In this document: one piece after another, positions 19,085 to 29,501 of the stretch
How the letters are laid out: the number at the start of each line of letters is the position of its first letter
Position numbering within the stretch: the first letter of the stretch is position 1
NCBI GenBank assembly: GCA_964248365.1
Contig: CAXTYC010000001.1
Coordinates: 160,001-224,000, forward strand
Source of the DNA: an uncultured Chroococcidiopsis sp.
Lineage (GTDB): Bacteria; Cyanobacteriota; Cyanobacteriia; Cyanobacteriales; Chroococcidiopsidaceae
Direction: 5' to 3'
DNA: 64,000 nt
Program-made: the position numbers and the translations under genes
The notes under the pieces: model-generated
The model's database searches: none
What the model was told of the DNA's origin: nothing
What the model saw: the letters and a program-made list of their open reading frames with translations, nothing else

Positions 19085-19735
19085 TCATTTTATTACTCTG
19101 AAGGTAAGATTAATTCTTGGTTCAACTAACTTAGCTGTCTTTGGTATTTGATGCTGCCAAAAATGCTGAGTAGAACCTTTCATGAGCAGAAAAGTTCCAT
19201 GAGCTAAATTTACTTCCTTTTTTAGCTCTTTTTTGTACTTATGCCTAAACATAAAGCGTCGTGTTCCACCAAAGCTAACAGATCCAATTACTGGATTTTC
19301 ACCTAGTTCAGGTTCATCATCACTGTGCCAAGCTACGCTATCACTACCACTTCGATATAAATTAAGCAATACGCTATTAAATTCAACTCCTGATAAAACT
19401 TCTATTTTGGATTTTATTTCTAGTAATGTGGGAGTCCAAGGCTGAGGATTCATTGCTATTTTTGAGTATGTGTAGGACTTTCCACTATCTCCATACCAAG
19501 CTGTAAGTCTAGGTATAGGAACAGAATTACCATACATTTTTATATATTCTTGTTTCCAATTCGGATCGTTGTACAAATTTGAAAATAATTGATTACTTTC
19601 CTTTTCGTCAAATAAAGTTTGGTAGATAACAATATCACCTTCAGGCATTGATAATGAGTCTGCTATCGGCTGGCTTGTTTTTGGTGTCTTTTCTGAATTT
19701 TCTAATTTGTCCCAAAGACCCTTTTGCTTATACAT
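19085..19735 (-). CDS. alkB: Alpha-ketoglutarate-dependent dioxygenase, AlkB (ALKBH2/3-like) family
   Basis: IPRLTAWYG, FNSVLLNLYRSGSDSVAWHSDDE (HxD), WQHQIPK, RINLTFR. Confidence 0.9.
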   Translation of the reverse strand: MYKQKGLWDKLENSEKTPKTSQPIADSLSMPEGDIVIYQTLFDEKESNQLFSNLYNDPNWKQEYIKMYGNSVPIPRLTAWYGDSGKSYTYSKIAMNPQPWTPTLLEIKSKIEVLSGVEFNSVLLNLYRSGSDSVAWHSDDEPELGENPVIGSVSFGGTRRFMFRHKYKKELKKEVNLAHGTFLLMKGSTQHFWQHQIPKTAKLVEPRINLTFRVIK

Positions 19736-19907
19736 ATTAAACCGAATAATTCGCTACTTTGATCTTCCTCTAATTTAACTAATAATATGCTGCCTTTTGT
19801 ATTTTTAGGCAATGTTTAAAGATAGTGAATATATACGTGAAGATTTAGCAAATACTTACGCAGTAAGCAAGTAGTAGTAGGGTGTAGCAACGCACCCTAC
19901 AGACAAA

Positions 19908-21227
19908 CTAAAACATCCAGTTCACTTGCAAGCCTACAATATCGACAGAATTATCGAATTTCCCTGTCAAATTGCCGTTGGTTGTACTCACCTGATTGAT
20001 TTGGGTATCATCAACAAAAAGATGGGCATACCCTATATCAAAGCTGAGTGAGTCAGATGCTTTGTAACTTGCACCAATCGCTAGCCATGTCCGATTACTA
20101 TCAGGAATTCTCGGTGTGATATACTTTTCATCAGCAGGGCTTTCGTCATAGGCAACACCAGCACGTAATTGCCAAGCATTATTTAATGTGTAATTGACTC
20201 CCAACGCATAGCGAAAAGTGTCATGCCAATTTTCAGGTAGGACGCTATCGGGTTGTACTGGGTTATCGAATTTAATTCGTAACTCCTCAAAACGACTCCA
20301 ACCAGTCCAAGTAATATCGGCTGTAGCTGCTAGGCGCGGACTAAGTTGCTGGTAGGCGCTAAGTGATACTGTTGCAGGTAATTTCAATTTCGCCCTAATA
20401 TCACTATCTGTGAAGCGACCAGTTGCTGCCAAGGGTGCGGCGGCTGTAGGTACTCTAAAGTCTGCGTCTCCTTCTAAATTGTGCGTGATGGGGGAACGAA
20501 AAGCTAACCCAATTCTGGTATTCTGGCTAGGTTCGTACAGCAAACCCAGATTATATCCCCAACTCCAGTCATCGCCATTAAGTTCAACAAAACCGTCGGC
20601 TGTTTGAGGGCGTGTAGGTAATCTATTACCCAAGCCAATTAAACCGAAATCGATCCCATTGGTAAGTTTAGCATTTGCATATTGCAAGTTGATACCAGCG
20701 CCGACAGATAAGTTATCAGTTAGCTTAGCTGCTAGGGTGGGATTGATGTTGATCGTAGTCAGTTCTGAATCAATCGCGTAGTAACGCCCTACCCAGGTGT
20801 CATTGTATTTTGTTTTTAGACCAAAGGGCGAATTGATGCCTAAACCAAGCTTGATGCGATCGCTAACATCCCACGCAGCATACAAATTTGGTAGTAAGAT
20901 ATTAGCACCACCATCGCCACCATTATTCCCAGTAAGTGGAGTGCCTGTAACAATGGTAGATCCTCTGTTCTGGAATACAGCCGACGGAGATATATAGTAT
21001 ACAGCAGCATTTACAGAACTGCCTGATAAGCGAGTTAGCCCCGCTGGATTAAAAAATATTGTACTGGCATCTTCAGCCGCCGCACTGCCAGAAAAGGCAT
21101 TGCCCAAACCACGTACACTCTGTTCAGTAATCGCAAAGCCTGACGCTAAAGCAGAAGCAGCTGTACCAATAATACCCAAACACACCAAAAACGGCAACAA
21201 CGCCGCATTCAATCGAAGCTTTCTCAC
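19908..21227 (-). CDS. fadL: Outer-membrane long-chain fatty acid transport protein (FadL/OmpP1 family)
   Basis: Signal peptide, SGFAITEQS, FFNPAGLT (NPA motif), RIPDSNR, terminal aromatic residue (WMF). Confidence 0.85.
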   Translation of the reverse strand: MRKLRLNAALLPFLVCLGIIGTAASALASGFAITEQSVRGLGNAFSGSAAAEDASTIFFNPAGLTRLSGSSVNAAVYYISPSAVFQNRGSTIVTGTPLTGNNGGDGGANILLPNLYAAWDVSDRIKLGLGINSPFGLKTKYNDTWVGRYYAIDSELTTININPTLAAKLTDNLSVGAGINLQYANAKLTNGIDFGLIGLGNRLPTRPQTADGFVELNGDDWSWGYNLGLLYEPSQNTRIGLAFRSPITHNLEGDADFRVPTAAAPLAATGRFTDSDIRAKLKLPATVSLSAYQQLSPRLAATADITWTGWSRFEELRIKFDNPVQPDSVLPENWHDTFRYALGVNYTLNNAWQLRAGVAYDESPADEKYITPRIPDSNRTWLAIGASYKASDSLSFDIGYAHLFVDDTQINQVSTTNGNLTGKFDNSVDIVGLQVNWMF

Positions 21228-21533
21228 TGTGATTTCTAATTTTTCGGTACACCAACTATAGACCTTTGAGATGTTACACTTATAGCTTTAAAGTAAATAA
21301 ATAAATTATTAAATAGTTACAATTTTTTATAGTTTTGCTCATTAAGTTGATTAATTCGTAATTTATAATTTTGCTTACTCTCCTACGGGAATTTACCAAA
21401 CATTCTTGTAAGTACGGGCTGAGCGTCGCTATATGCCTTTACAGTATATGATGACTTTTTTAATATTGAGAATTACAAAATAACGAAACTAGTGGAGAGA
21501 TTATTAACGAACAATGAACAAGTGGTAATTGGG

Positions 21534-21580
21534 AATTGATAATTGATAATTGATAATTGATAATTGATAATTGATAATTG
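21534..21580. repeat. STRR heptamer array (AATTGAT)x6+
   Basis: Six perfect AATTGAT units plus a partial unit directly upstream of ureD. Confidence 0.9.
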
Positions 21581-21598
21581 TCCCCCAGCCCCTTACCA

Positions 21599-22516
21599 AT
21601 GCAGACACTATCTAATCAGTGGCATGGTAGCCTTAACTTGGTGTTTGCTAAAGTTCAGAATAAAACTGAACTAATTTACAATCAGGTACAAGCGCCCCTG
21701 AAGGTACAGCGACCATTTTATCCAGAAGGATCAGAGGTTTGTCATAGTGTAGTATTGCATACAGCAGGGGGAATTGTCGGTGGCGATCGCTTAGATTTAA
21801 ATTTCCAACTGCAACAGGAAGCGAAAGCTTTAATTACTACAGCTGCTGCAAGTAAAATTTATCGTAGTAATGGGTTACAAGCACGACAATCCATTCAGAT
21901 GCAAGTTGACGCTGATGCTACTTTAGAATGGTTGCCCCAGGAAACAATTGTATTCAATGGTGCAATTTATCGCCAAGACTTGAGAGTAGAATTAGCTCCG
22001 AAAGCAACTTGGATAGGCTGGGAGATTACAAGATTTGGGCGTAGTGCCAGAGGAGAAAGATTTCTACAGGGAGAGTGGCGCAGTAATACCGAAGTTTGGC
22101 AGCAAGGCATCCCCCTTTGGATAGATAGACAATGGCTACCAGGTAATGAGGAAATCATCAACAGTCCTCACGGCTTAGCAAAACAACCGATTGTAGCAAG
22201 CCTCGCCTGGATAGGGCAACCAGTCTCACCAGAAATAGTAGAACTAGCACGTTCCTTGTGGAGTCCCACGTCAGAAGCCAGAAGTCAGGAGACAGGAGTT
22301 AGGAGTCAGGAGACCCACGAAGATCGACCCACGACAGAATATTTAATTCTTTCATCTCCCTCATTTGGTGTTACTCGTCTTCCTTGTGGATTATTATGTC
22401 GCTATCGTGGCTCTTCTACCACACAAGTGCGAAACTGGTTTACAGCTGTGTGGCAGCTATTGCGTGTATCCTATTTAGGACGCTCTAGCTGTCTACCTAG
22501 AGTTTGGCAAATCTGA
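21599..22516 (+). CDS. ureD: Urease accessory protein UreD
   Basis: PLKVQRPFYPEG, LHTAGGIVGGD, TTAAASKIYRS, LEWLPQETI; precedes ureABC. Confidence 0.92.
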   Translation: MQTLSNQWHGSLNLVFAKVQNKTELIYNQVQAPLKVQRPFYPEGSEVCHSVVLHTAGGIVGGDRLDLNFQLQQEAKALITTAAASKIYRSNGLQARQSIQMQVDADATLEWLPQETIVFNGAIYRQDLRVELAPKATWIGWEITRFGRSARGERFLQGEWRSNTEVWQQGIPLWIDRQWLPGNEEIINSPHGLAKQPIVASLAWIGQPVSPEIVELARSLWSPTSEARSQETGVRSQETHEDRPTTEYLILSSPSFGVTRLPCGLLCRYRGSSTTQVRNWFTAVWQLLRVSYLGRSSCLPRVWQI

Positions 22517-22527
22517 AGGGATAATCA

Positions 22528-22830
22528 ATGCAACTCACGCCGCAGGAAAAAGACAAGCTACTTATTTTCACTGCTGCCTTATTAGCAGAACGACGCAAAG
22601 ATAGAGGATTAAAATTGAATTACCCAGAGGCAGTTGCTTACATTTCTGCCGCAATTTTAGAAGGAGCTAGAGATGGTCGTACTGTAGCAGATTTAATGAG
22701 CTATGGTGCAACTTTGCTGACAAGAGATGATGTGATGGAAGGTGTACCAGAAATGGTGCAGGAAGTGCAAGTAGAAGCAACATTTCCCGATGGTACAAAA
22801 TTGGTGACAGTTCACAACCCAATTCGTTAG
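22528..22830 (+). CDS. ureA: Urease gamma subunit
   Basis: [12 protein letters not shown]...LNYPEA...[17 protein letters not shown]. Confidence 0.97.
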   Translation: MQLTPQEKDKLLIFTAALLAERRKDRGLKLNYPEAVAYISAAILEGARDGRTVADLMSYGATLLTRDDVMEGVPEMVQEVQVEATFPDGTKLVTVHNPIR

Positions 22831-22996
22831 ACTCAATTACACCACACTTGGCAAATAGAATTCAAGCTTCACGCGCTTTGAGATTCAAATTCTAGCAACC
22901 AATAGATGCGTACGGTGCGTTAGTTTCTCGCTTTCTATGACAAAAAGATTAGTGATACAAAACAAGTAACCTAGAGAATGATTTGAGGAAGGGGTA

Positions 22997-23308
22997 ATGA
23001 TTCCAGGGGAAATGATAGTTCAGCCAGGGGAAATTGAACTGAATGCCCAACGTGCGGTAATTCGTTTGCAGGTAGCAAATACAGGCGATCGCCCGATCCA
23101 AGTCGGTTCCCACTTCCACTTCTTGGAAGTCAACCCAGCCTTAGAATTCGACCGCGAACAAGCCTATGGTATGCGCCTAGACATCCCAGCAGGTACAGCA
23201 GTACGCTTTGAACCAGGAGACGAACGAGAAATATCACTAGTACCCCTAGCAGGAAGCCGCATTGTCTACGGCTTCAACGGCACAATTAACGGAAAACTAG
23301 ACACTTAA
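22997..23308 (+). CDS. ureB: Urease beta subunit
   Basis: MIPGE...[15 protein letters not shown]...[12 protein letters not shown]. Confidence 0.97.
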   Translation: MIPGEMIVQPGEIELNAQRAVIRLQVANTGDRPIQVGSHFHFLEVNPALEFDREQAYGMRLDIPAGTAVRFEPGDEREISLVPLAGSRIVYGFNGTINGKLDT

Positions 23309-23403
23309 AAATCTTACGGGCGCGTTTTCCTGGGGTTTAAACCCTAGGCTAATGCGTCCTTTGCGGTTCGATAATTCTTCTAAAACTCTTTTGAGGAGTC
23401 CAT

Positions 23404-25119
23404 ATGAGTTACAGAATGGATCGCCGTGCTTACGCTGAAACATTTGGACCAACACTGGGGGATCGCATTCGCCTCGCCGACACAGAATTATTCATCGAAG
23501 TCGAACAAGACTTTACCACCTACGGCGATGAAGTTAAATTCGGCGGCGGTAAAGTCATCCGCGACGGTATGGGACAATCCCCCATTTCCAACGCTGATGG
23601 TGCGGTAGACATGGTAATCACCAACGCCCTCATTCTCGACTGGTGGGGCATTGTCAAAGCAGATATCGGCATCAAAGACGGTAAAATATTCAAAATTGGT
23701 AAAGCTGGAAATCCGTACATTCAGGACAACGTAGATATTATCATTGGTCCTGGTACTGAGGTAGTAGCTGGCGAAGGCAAGATTCTCACAGCCGGAGGAA
23801 TTGACACTCACATTCACTTTATCTGTCCTCAGCAAATCGAATGTGCGATCGCCTCCGGTATCACTACAATGATCGGCGGCGGTACAGGTCCCGCAGCGGG
23901 TACAAACGCCACAACCTGCACCCCAGGACCTTGGAACATTCACCGAATGCTACAAGCAGCTGAAGCCTTCCCCGTCAACTTAGGTTTCTTAGGCAAAGGT
24001 AACAGCAGCCAACCCCAAGGATTAATTGAACAAATTGCAGCTGGCGCGATCGGTTTGAAACTACATGAAGACTGGGGAACCACACCCGCCACTATTGATA
24101 CTTGCCTGAGCGTTGCCGATGAATATGATGTACAAGTGGCAATTCACACAGACACCCTAAACGAAGCCGGATTTGTCGAAGCAACCATCGCCGCCTTTAA
24201 AAATCGTGCTATTCATACTTACCACACCGAAGGTGCAGGCGGCGGTCACGCCCCAGATATTATTAAAGTCTGTGGTGAAGCTAATGTCTTGCCTTCTTCC
24301 ACCAACCCCACACGCCCTTATACAGTCAATACCCTGGATGAACACCTAGATATGTTGATGGTATGCCATCATCTCGATCCTAGCATACCAGAAGACGTTG
24401 CTTTTGCCGAATCACGTATTCGCCGCGAAACGATCGCCGCCGAGGATATTCTGCACGACTTAGGCGCATTCAGCATGATTTCCTCCGACTCCCAAGCGAT
24501 GGGACGAGTAGGAGAAGTAATTATTCGCACTTGGCAAACAGCACACAAAATGAAAGTGCAAAGAGGACATTTATCCCCGCAAGGAGAGTCATCAGAAAAT
24601 GACAACTTCCGCGCCAAAAGGTATATTGCCAAGTACACAATTAATCCCGCCATTACTCACGGTATTGCTAATACGGTTGGTTCAGTCGAAGTTGGGAAAC
24701 TAGCAGATTTATGCCTCTGGCATCCTGCCTTTTTTGGTGTGAAACCAGACATAGTAATTAAAGGCGGTGCGATCGCAATTGCTCAAATGGGAGATCCTAA
24801 CGCCAGTATCCCCACACCTCAACCAGTGCATATGCGTCCAATGTTTGCTAGTTTTGGCGGTGCGATCGCTGCTACATCCCTCACATTTGTCTCACAATCG
24901 GCAATAGATCGGGAAATTCCCATTCAACTAGGTTTACACAAGCAGACTGTTGCAGTATCACAGACACGACAACTAACTAAAACCCACATGAAACTAAACG
25001 ATGCTCTACCTCACATGGAAATAGACCCAGAAACCTACGAAGTTAGAGCAGACGGTCAACTACTCACCTGCGAAAGTGCCACCGTCCTTCCCCTCGCCCA
25101 ACGCTACTTTTTATTTTAA
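23404..25119 (+). CDS. ureC: Urease alpha subunit
   Basis: [46 protein letters not shown]. Confidence 0.98.
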   Translation: MSYRMDRRAYAETFGPTLGDRIRLADTELFIEVEQDFTTYGDEVKFGGGKVIRDGMGQSPISNADGAVDMVITNALILDWWGIVKADIGIKDGKIFKIGKAGNPYIQDNVDIIIGPGTEVVAGEGKILTAGGIDTHIHFICPQQIECAIASGITTMIGGGTGPAAGTNATTCTPGPWNIHRMLQAAEAFPVNLGFLGKGNSSQPQGLIEQIAAGAIGLKLHEDWGTTPATIDTCLSVADEYDVQVAIHTDTLNEAGFVEATIAAFKNRAIHTYHTEGAGGGHAPDIIKVCGEANVLPSSTNPTRPYTVNTLDEHLDMLMVCHHLDPSIPEDVAFAESRIRRETIAAEDILHDLGAFSMISSDSQAMGRVGEVIIRTWQTAHKMKVQRGHLSPQGESSENDNFRAKRYIAKYTINPAITHGIANTVGSVEVGKLADLCLWHPAFFGVKPDIVIKGGAIAIAQMGDPNASIPTPQPVHMRPMFASFGGAIAATSLTFVSQSAIDREIPIQLGLHKQTVAVSQTRQLTKTHMKLNDALPHMEIDPETYEVRADGQLLTCESATVLPLAQRYFLF

Positions 25120-25434
25120 TAACTAGCTATTAGCTATTAGCTTTTAGCTGTTAGCTGCTCTGACACCAAACCCTTAAAACCTTACTTAACTTTACCTCTT
25201 AGCGCCTTTGCGTCTTTGCGCGACACTATACTTAAATTACAACTACAATTAAGCAAGTTGTTATTAAAAGCTGTATAAATTTAATTACACCTTGCTAATA
25301 ATAAAAAGGCATCAACTATCAAAAGACAGAAAAACATTCATCCCTTAGTAAGAGGTCAAAAAAGCAGTCAAAAGGAAAAATGATACAGATATAGATATAT
25401 TAAAAAATCTTAATCTAATCTAACTGCTGATTCC

Positions 25435-26535
25435 ATGACTGCCCAATCCTCTGCCGTTGACAGGATATTAGTTGTAGACGACTCTCCAGATAACGTATTC
25501 CTCATTCAAACGATTTTGGAAGAGGAAGGATATGATATTAGCACAGCAGAAGATGGTCCCTCTGCTTTAGCACAGATTGACGAATGTGCACCACATTTAA
25601 TATTGCTGGATGTAATGATGCCAGGAATGGATGGCTTTGAAGTAACTCAACGCATCCGAAAAAATACTAAATTGCCATTTATCCCCATTCTGCTAATCAC
25701 CGCCTACGACCAACCCAGCGTAGCGCAAGGATTAGATATGGGTGCAGATGATTTCATTCGCAAGCCAGTTGAAGTTGATGAATTGCTAGCACGAGTGCGA
25801 TCGCTCCTTCGACTCAAGCATAGCGTAGACGAACGTGACCAAATCGCCCGCCAACGGGAAGATTTTGTTTCTCGTCTGACTCACGATCTACGCACTCCCT
25901 TGGTAGCAGCAGATCGAATGCTGTTGCTATTTCAGCAAGGTGCTTTAGGAGAACTGTCGCCTATCATGCACGAAGCAGTTGACACCATGATTCGCAGCAA
26001 CAAAAACTTGCTGCAAATGGTTAATACTCTGCTGGAAGTATATCGTTTTGAAGCTGGACGCAAAAATCTCACCTTTTTACCAGTTGACATTGCAGATGTA
26101 CTCGAAGAAGTGGCTAAGGAATTGACTCCCTTAGCTGGGGACAAAGGACTACCATTAAAGTTACAATTCGATCAAAAACCAACTTCAACCAAAGTATTAG
26201 GCGATCGCTTAGAGTTGCATCGCGTCTTCACTAACCTTGTGGGCAATGCGATCAAATTCACCGATGCTGGTTCAGTCACTATCCGTCTCCTACCCGATCA
26301 GGCAACAAACAACACCATGAAGATTGAGGTAGAAGATACTGGTTCCGGTATCTCTCCTCAAGATCAAGCCACCTTATTTGAACGATTTCGCCAAGGTAGC
26401 CACAAGCGTTCCGGTAGTGGTTTGGGACTTTATCTTTCTCGCCGCATCGTTGAAGCTCACAAAGGCAGCATTGAGGTTAACTCAGAGTTAGGTAAAGGTA
26501 GTCTCTTCATTGTCCGCCTGCCTATATTGATCTAG
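25435..26535 (+). CDS. Hybrid response regulator/histidine kinase (REC-HisKA-HATPase)
   Basis: LVVDD, LLDVMMP, THDLRTPL, NLVGNAIKFT, DTGSGI, GSGLGL. Confidence 0.92.
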   Translation: MTAQSSAVDRILVVDDSPDNVFLIQTILEEEGYDISTAEDGPSALAQIDECAPHLILLDVMMPGMDGFEVTQRIRKNTKLPFIPILLITAYDQPSVAQGLDMGADDFIRKPVEVDELLARVRSLLRLKHSVDERDQIARQREDFVSRLTHDLRTPLVAADRMLLLFQQGALGELSPIMHEAVDTMIRSNKNLLQMVNTLLEVYRFEAGRKNLTFLPVDIADVLEEVAKELTPLAGDKGLPLKLQFDQKPTSTKVLGDRLELHRVFTNLVGNAIKFTDAGSVTIRLLPDQATNNTMKIEVEDTGSGISPQDQATLFERFRQGSHKRSGSGLGLYLSRRIVEAHKGSIEVNSELGKGSLFIVRLPILI

Positions 26536-26858
26536 CTGAGGGGGCTGACTCCTCTGAGGAGGCAAAAGGTAGATTAAGAATTAATATTCTGTCTTCTGTC
26601 TTCTGTCTCCTGACTCCTGACTCCTAAGAATAAAAAATCGCGTCGGGCTGAAAAGATATGGCTGTACTTTTTTGCTAAATTCGTGTATGATTTTCTTAAT
26701 AATGGAAATCTGTGCAAAATTATTATTAAGGGTTATATTCCCATTATTAAGTAGATAATACCAAGCTGCTTGAAATTTTGCAATAGCTCCTTTAAAATTT
26801 GTCGTTGCTCAATCTCAAGCTATAAAATAACTGTATTGTTTAGTATCCTTGCCTTGCG

Positions 26859-28241
26859 ATGCTCACTCAATCAACCGTCAGTGACATCATCCGTCAACAA
26901 AGAGACTTTTTTCAAACTGGAAAAACGAAAGACATTGCTTTTCGCATTAGTGGGTTAAAAAAGCTAGAGCAAGCAATTAACGACAATGCAGCAGCGATTA
27001 CTGATGCATTAAAAGCAGATTTAAATAAACCAGAATTTGAAACGTATTTGACAGAAATTGCGCTCAGCCAAAAAGAAATTAGTTATGCGATTAAAAATAT
27101 AAAGACTTGGACTAAGCCACACAAAGCTAATATTGGGCTTGAGCAACTTCCAGGTTTTGGGCGGATATTGGCAGAACCAGTGGGTGTAGTTTTAATTATC
27201 AGTCCTTGGAACTATCCATTCCAGCTTATTATTACACCGTTGGTAGGAGCGATCGCAGCGGGTAACTGTGCCATTCTCAAACCATCAGAAAACGCCCCTC
27301 ATACTTCTCGTATCTTAGCCAAGATTCTGCCACAATATTTTGATCCTGCCTATATTGCCGTATTAGAAGGTGGCGTTGAAACTAGTCAACAACTATTAGC
27401 CCAAAAGTTTGACCACATCTTCTTTACAGGTGGCACTACGATAGGCAGAATGGTGATGGAGGCAGCAGCAAAACATCTTACCCCAGTCACTTTGGAATTA
27501 GGCGGTAAAAGTCCTTGTATTGTAGATGCACATACCAATATTGAATATACTGCCAGACGCATTACTTGGGGTAAATTTATCAATGCTGGTCAAACTTGCG
27601 TTGCTCCTGACTATCTTTTAGTTGAGCAAAAAATTAAGCAAGAATTAATAGATAGCATTCAAAAGTGTATTCGAGAATTTTTTGGTGAGCAACCGATTGT
27701 AAGTCCTGACTATGCCAGAATTATCAATCAAAAGCACTTTAACCGACTAGTTGAATTTCTCAAAGACGGTGAAATTATTATTGGCGGACAGAGCAATTTA
27801 GATGAGCGTTATATTGCTCCTACTCTGCTCAATTGTACTTCCTTGCAAGTGCCAGTAATGCAAGAAGAAATTTTTGGTCCAATTCTACCTGTATTTACCT
27901 ATAGTGACATAGAAGAAGCGATCGCCATCATCAATCAAAAACCAAAACCCCTAGCTCTGTACTTATTTTCTCGCAACAAAAACCTACAACAGCGAGTTTT
28001 ACACTCAACTTCATCCGGCAGCGTTTGTATTAACGATACAGTGATACAGTGTGCTATCCCAACTTTACCTTTTGGCGGCGTTGGTGGTAGTGGCATGGGT
28101 AGATATCACGGTAAAGCTAGTTTTGATACCTTCTCCCACTATAAAAGTGTATTGAACAGATCTTTACTGCTCGATATAAAATTGCGCTACCCTCCATATA
28201 CCCCTGGTAAATTCCAGCTACTCAAACGCATCCTTGGATAA
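26859..28241 (+). CDS. Aldehyde dehydrogenase (family 3-like)
   Basis: ISPWNYP, FTGG, LELGGKSP, NAGQTCVAPDY, EEIFGP, LPFGGVG. Confidence 0.93.
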   Translation: MLTQSTVSDIIRQQRDFFQTGKTKDIAFRISGLKKLEQAINDNAAAITDALKADLNKPEFETYLTEIALSQKEISYAIKNIKTWTKPHKANIGLEQLPGFGRILAEPVGVVLIISPWNYPFQLIITPLVGAIAAGNCAILKPSENAPHTSRILAKILPQYFDPAYIAVLEGGVETSQQLLAQKFDHIFFTGGTTIGRMVMEAAAKHLTPVTLELGGKSPCIVDAHTNIEYTARRITWGKFINAGQTCVAPDYLLVEQKIKQELIDSIQKCIREFFGEQPIVSPDYARIINQKHFNRLVEFLKDGEIIIGGQSNLDERYIAPTLLNCTSLQVPVMQEEIFGPILPVFTYSDIEEAIAIINQKPKPLALYLFSRNKNLQQRVLHSTSSGSVCINDTVIQCAIPTLPFGGVGGSGMGRYHGKASFDTFSHYKSVLNRSLLLDIKLRYPPYTPGKFQLLKRILG

Positions 28242-28426
28242 GGTGAGGGGTTTGGGGCTTGAGGCTTGAGGCTAGGGAAAAGGTGAAGGATAAAGGTTGA
28301 AGGTTGAAGGTTAAAAATTAAATATTAAATTTTACACTTCACACTTCACACTTACACTTTATACTTCGCGCCTTCATATTTTACACTTCGCGCCTTCCCT
28401 AGCCTCCAGCCTCCAGTCCCCAGCCC

Positions 28427-29026
28427 CTAAAAAAAGCCACTATAGCGCTCTTCTGCCCAAGGTTCTCCGCGACGGTGGTAGCCATTGCGTTCCCAGAAAC
28501 CCAATTCTTCGTTTTCTAGAAACTCCAGACCATTAATCCACTTGGCGCTTTTCCAGGCGTAGAGGTGGGGAACGACTAGCCGCAGTGGACCGCCATGTTC
28601 TGCTGGTAGTGGTTCACCAAATACGGTGTGAGCGAAAAAGTTTTCTTCCCGCACAAAATCTGCGATCGCAATATTGGTAGTATAACCACCGTAGCAGTGT
28701 TCCATAACGTAGGCGGCTTTTGGATCTACCTCAACTTGGCGCATAAAGTCTGTAACTTTAACACCAGTCCATTTAACATCAAGCTTAGACCAGCGCGTTA
28801 CACAATGGAAATCCGCTGTAAAATCGTGCTGAGGCAGTGCCATAAAGTCTGACCAGGTAAAGGTAACTGGTTTTGCCAAACCCCATACCCGAAATTGCCA
28901 ATCTTCAATGCTGACAGTGGGGGTTTGACCGTAGGTAAGGACGGGGAATCCCTTAGTCAGATATTGACCAGGAGGAACGCGATCGCTTTGTTCTCCTCCT
29001 GGTTTTTGGAAAAATTTTCCTAGCAT
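28427..29026 (-). CDS. Sulfite oxidase-like molybdopterin oxidoreductase
   Basis: VPPGQ, DFHCVTRWS, EHGGPLRLVVPHLYAWKSAKW, GFWERNGYH. Confidence 0.9.
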   Translation of the reverse strand: MLGKFFQKPGGEQSDRVPPGQYLTKGFPVLTYGQTPTVSIEDWQFRVWGLAKPVTFTWSDFMALPQHDFTADFHCVTRWSKLDVKWTGVKVTDFMRQVEVDPKAAYVMEHCYGGYTTNIAIADFVREENFFAHTVFGEPLPAEHGGPLRLVVPHLYAWKSAKWINGLEFLENEELGFWERNGYHRRGEPWAEERYSGFF

Positions 29027-29222
29027 TTGGCGTAAATAGATAAGTTGTGTTTACAAGCTTCTGTTGCTGTTAACTGTTAGCTGTTAGCTGTTCCTCTTTA
29101 TTTCTAGCAGATGGTTATCTTTGTAACGAGGCGAGTCAATTGTGTTGCTACTTGCTAAAAGCTAAAAGCTAATCGTTAAAAGCTAATAGCTAAAAGCTAC
29201 TAGCTCCTTAAGCCCTGCTTGT

Positions 29223-29399
29223 TTAGGATTCTTCTTCCTCTTCTGCTTCTGGGTTAGGATAAACAAATTTAGAACGCCCAGACAGAATAGACTTGCCTAG
29301 AGAAAGTGCTTTCTGAGCCTGTAGCTCTGCCTTTTTTCTCCAAGTGGTTCTACGCTTATCTCGTTTTGACTTAGATGTTTTCTTCTTGGGAACAGCCAT
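29223..29399 (-). CDS. rpmF: 50S ribosomal protein L32
   Basis: Manual translation [48 protein letters not shown]...; 58 aa, below the ORF-track cutoff. Confidence 0.95.
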   Translation of the reverse strand: MAVPKKKTSKSKRDKRRTTWRKKAELQAQKALSLGKSILSGRSKFVYPNPEAEEEEES

Positions 29400-29501
29400 G
29401 ACAGATTAACCAGTAATTTTTCACAACCTTTCTATCATAATTCGTAATTCGTAATTTTCCCCCTGCTCCCACAGCGAACCCTGCTCTGTTGCGCACCCCT
29501 G

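Noticed and set aside
21315..21335. RpaB HLR1 site between fadL and ureD
   Set aside because: The second half-repeat is degenerate and the context is very AT-rich, so a chance match is likely
21599..25119. Incomplete urease system (no ureE/F/G)
   Set aside because: Cyanobacteria often encode ureEFG elsewhere; absence from this window is uninformative
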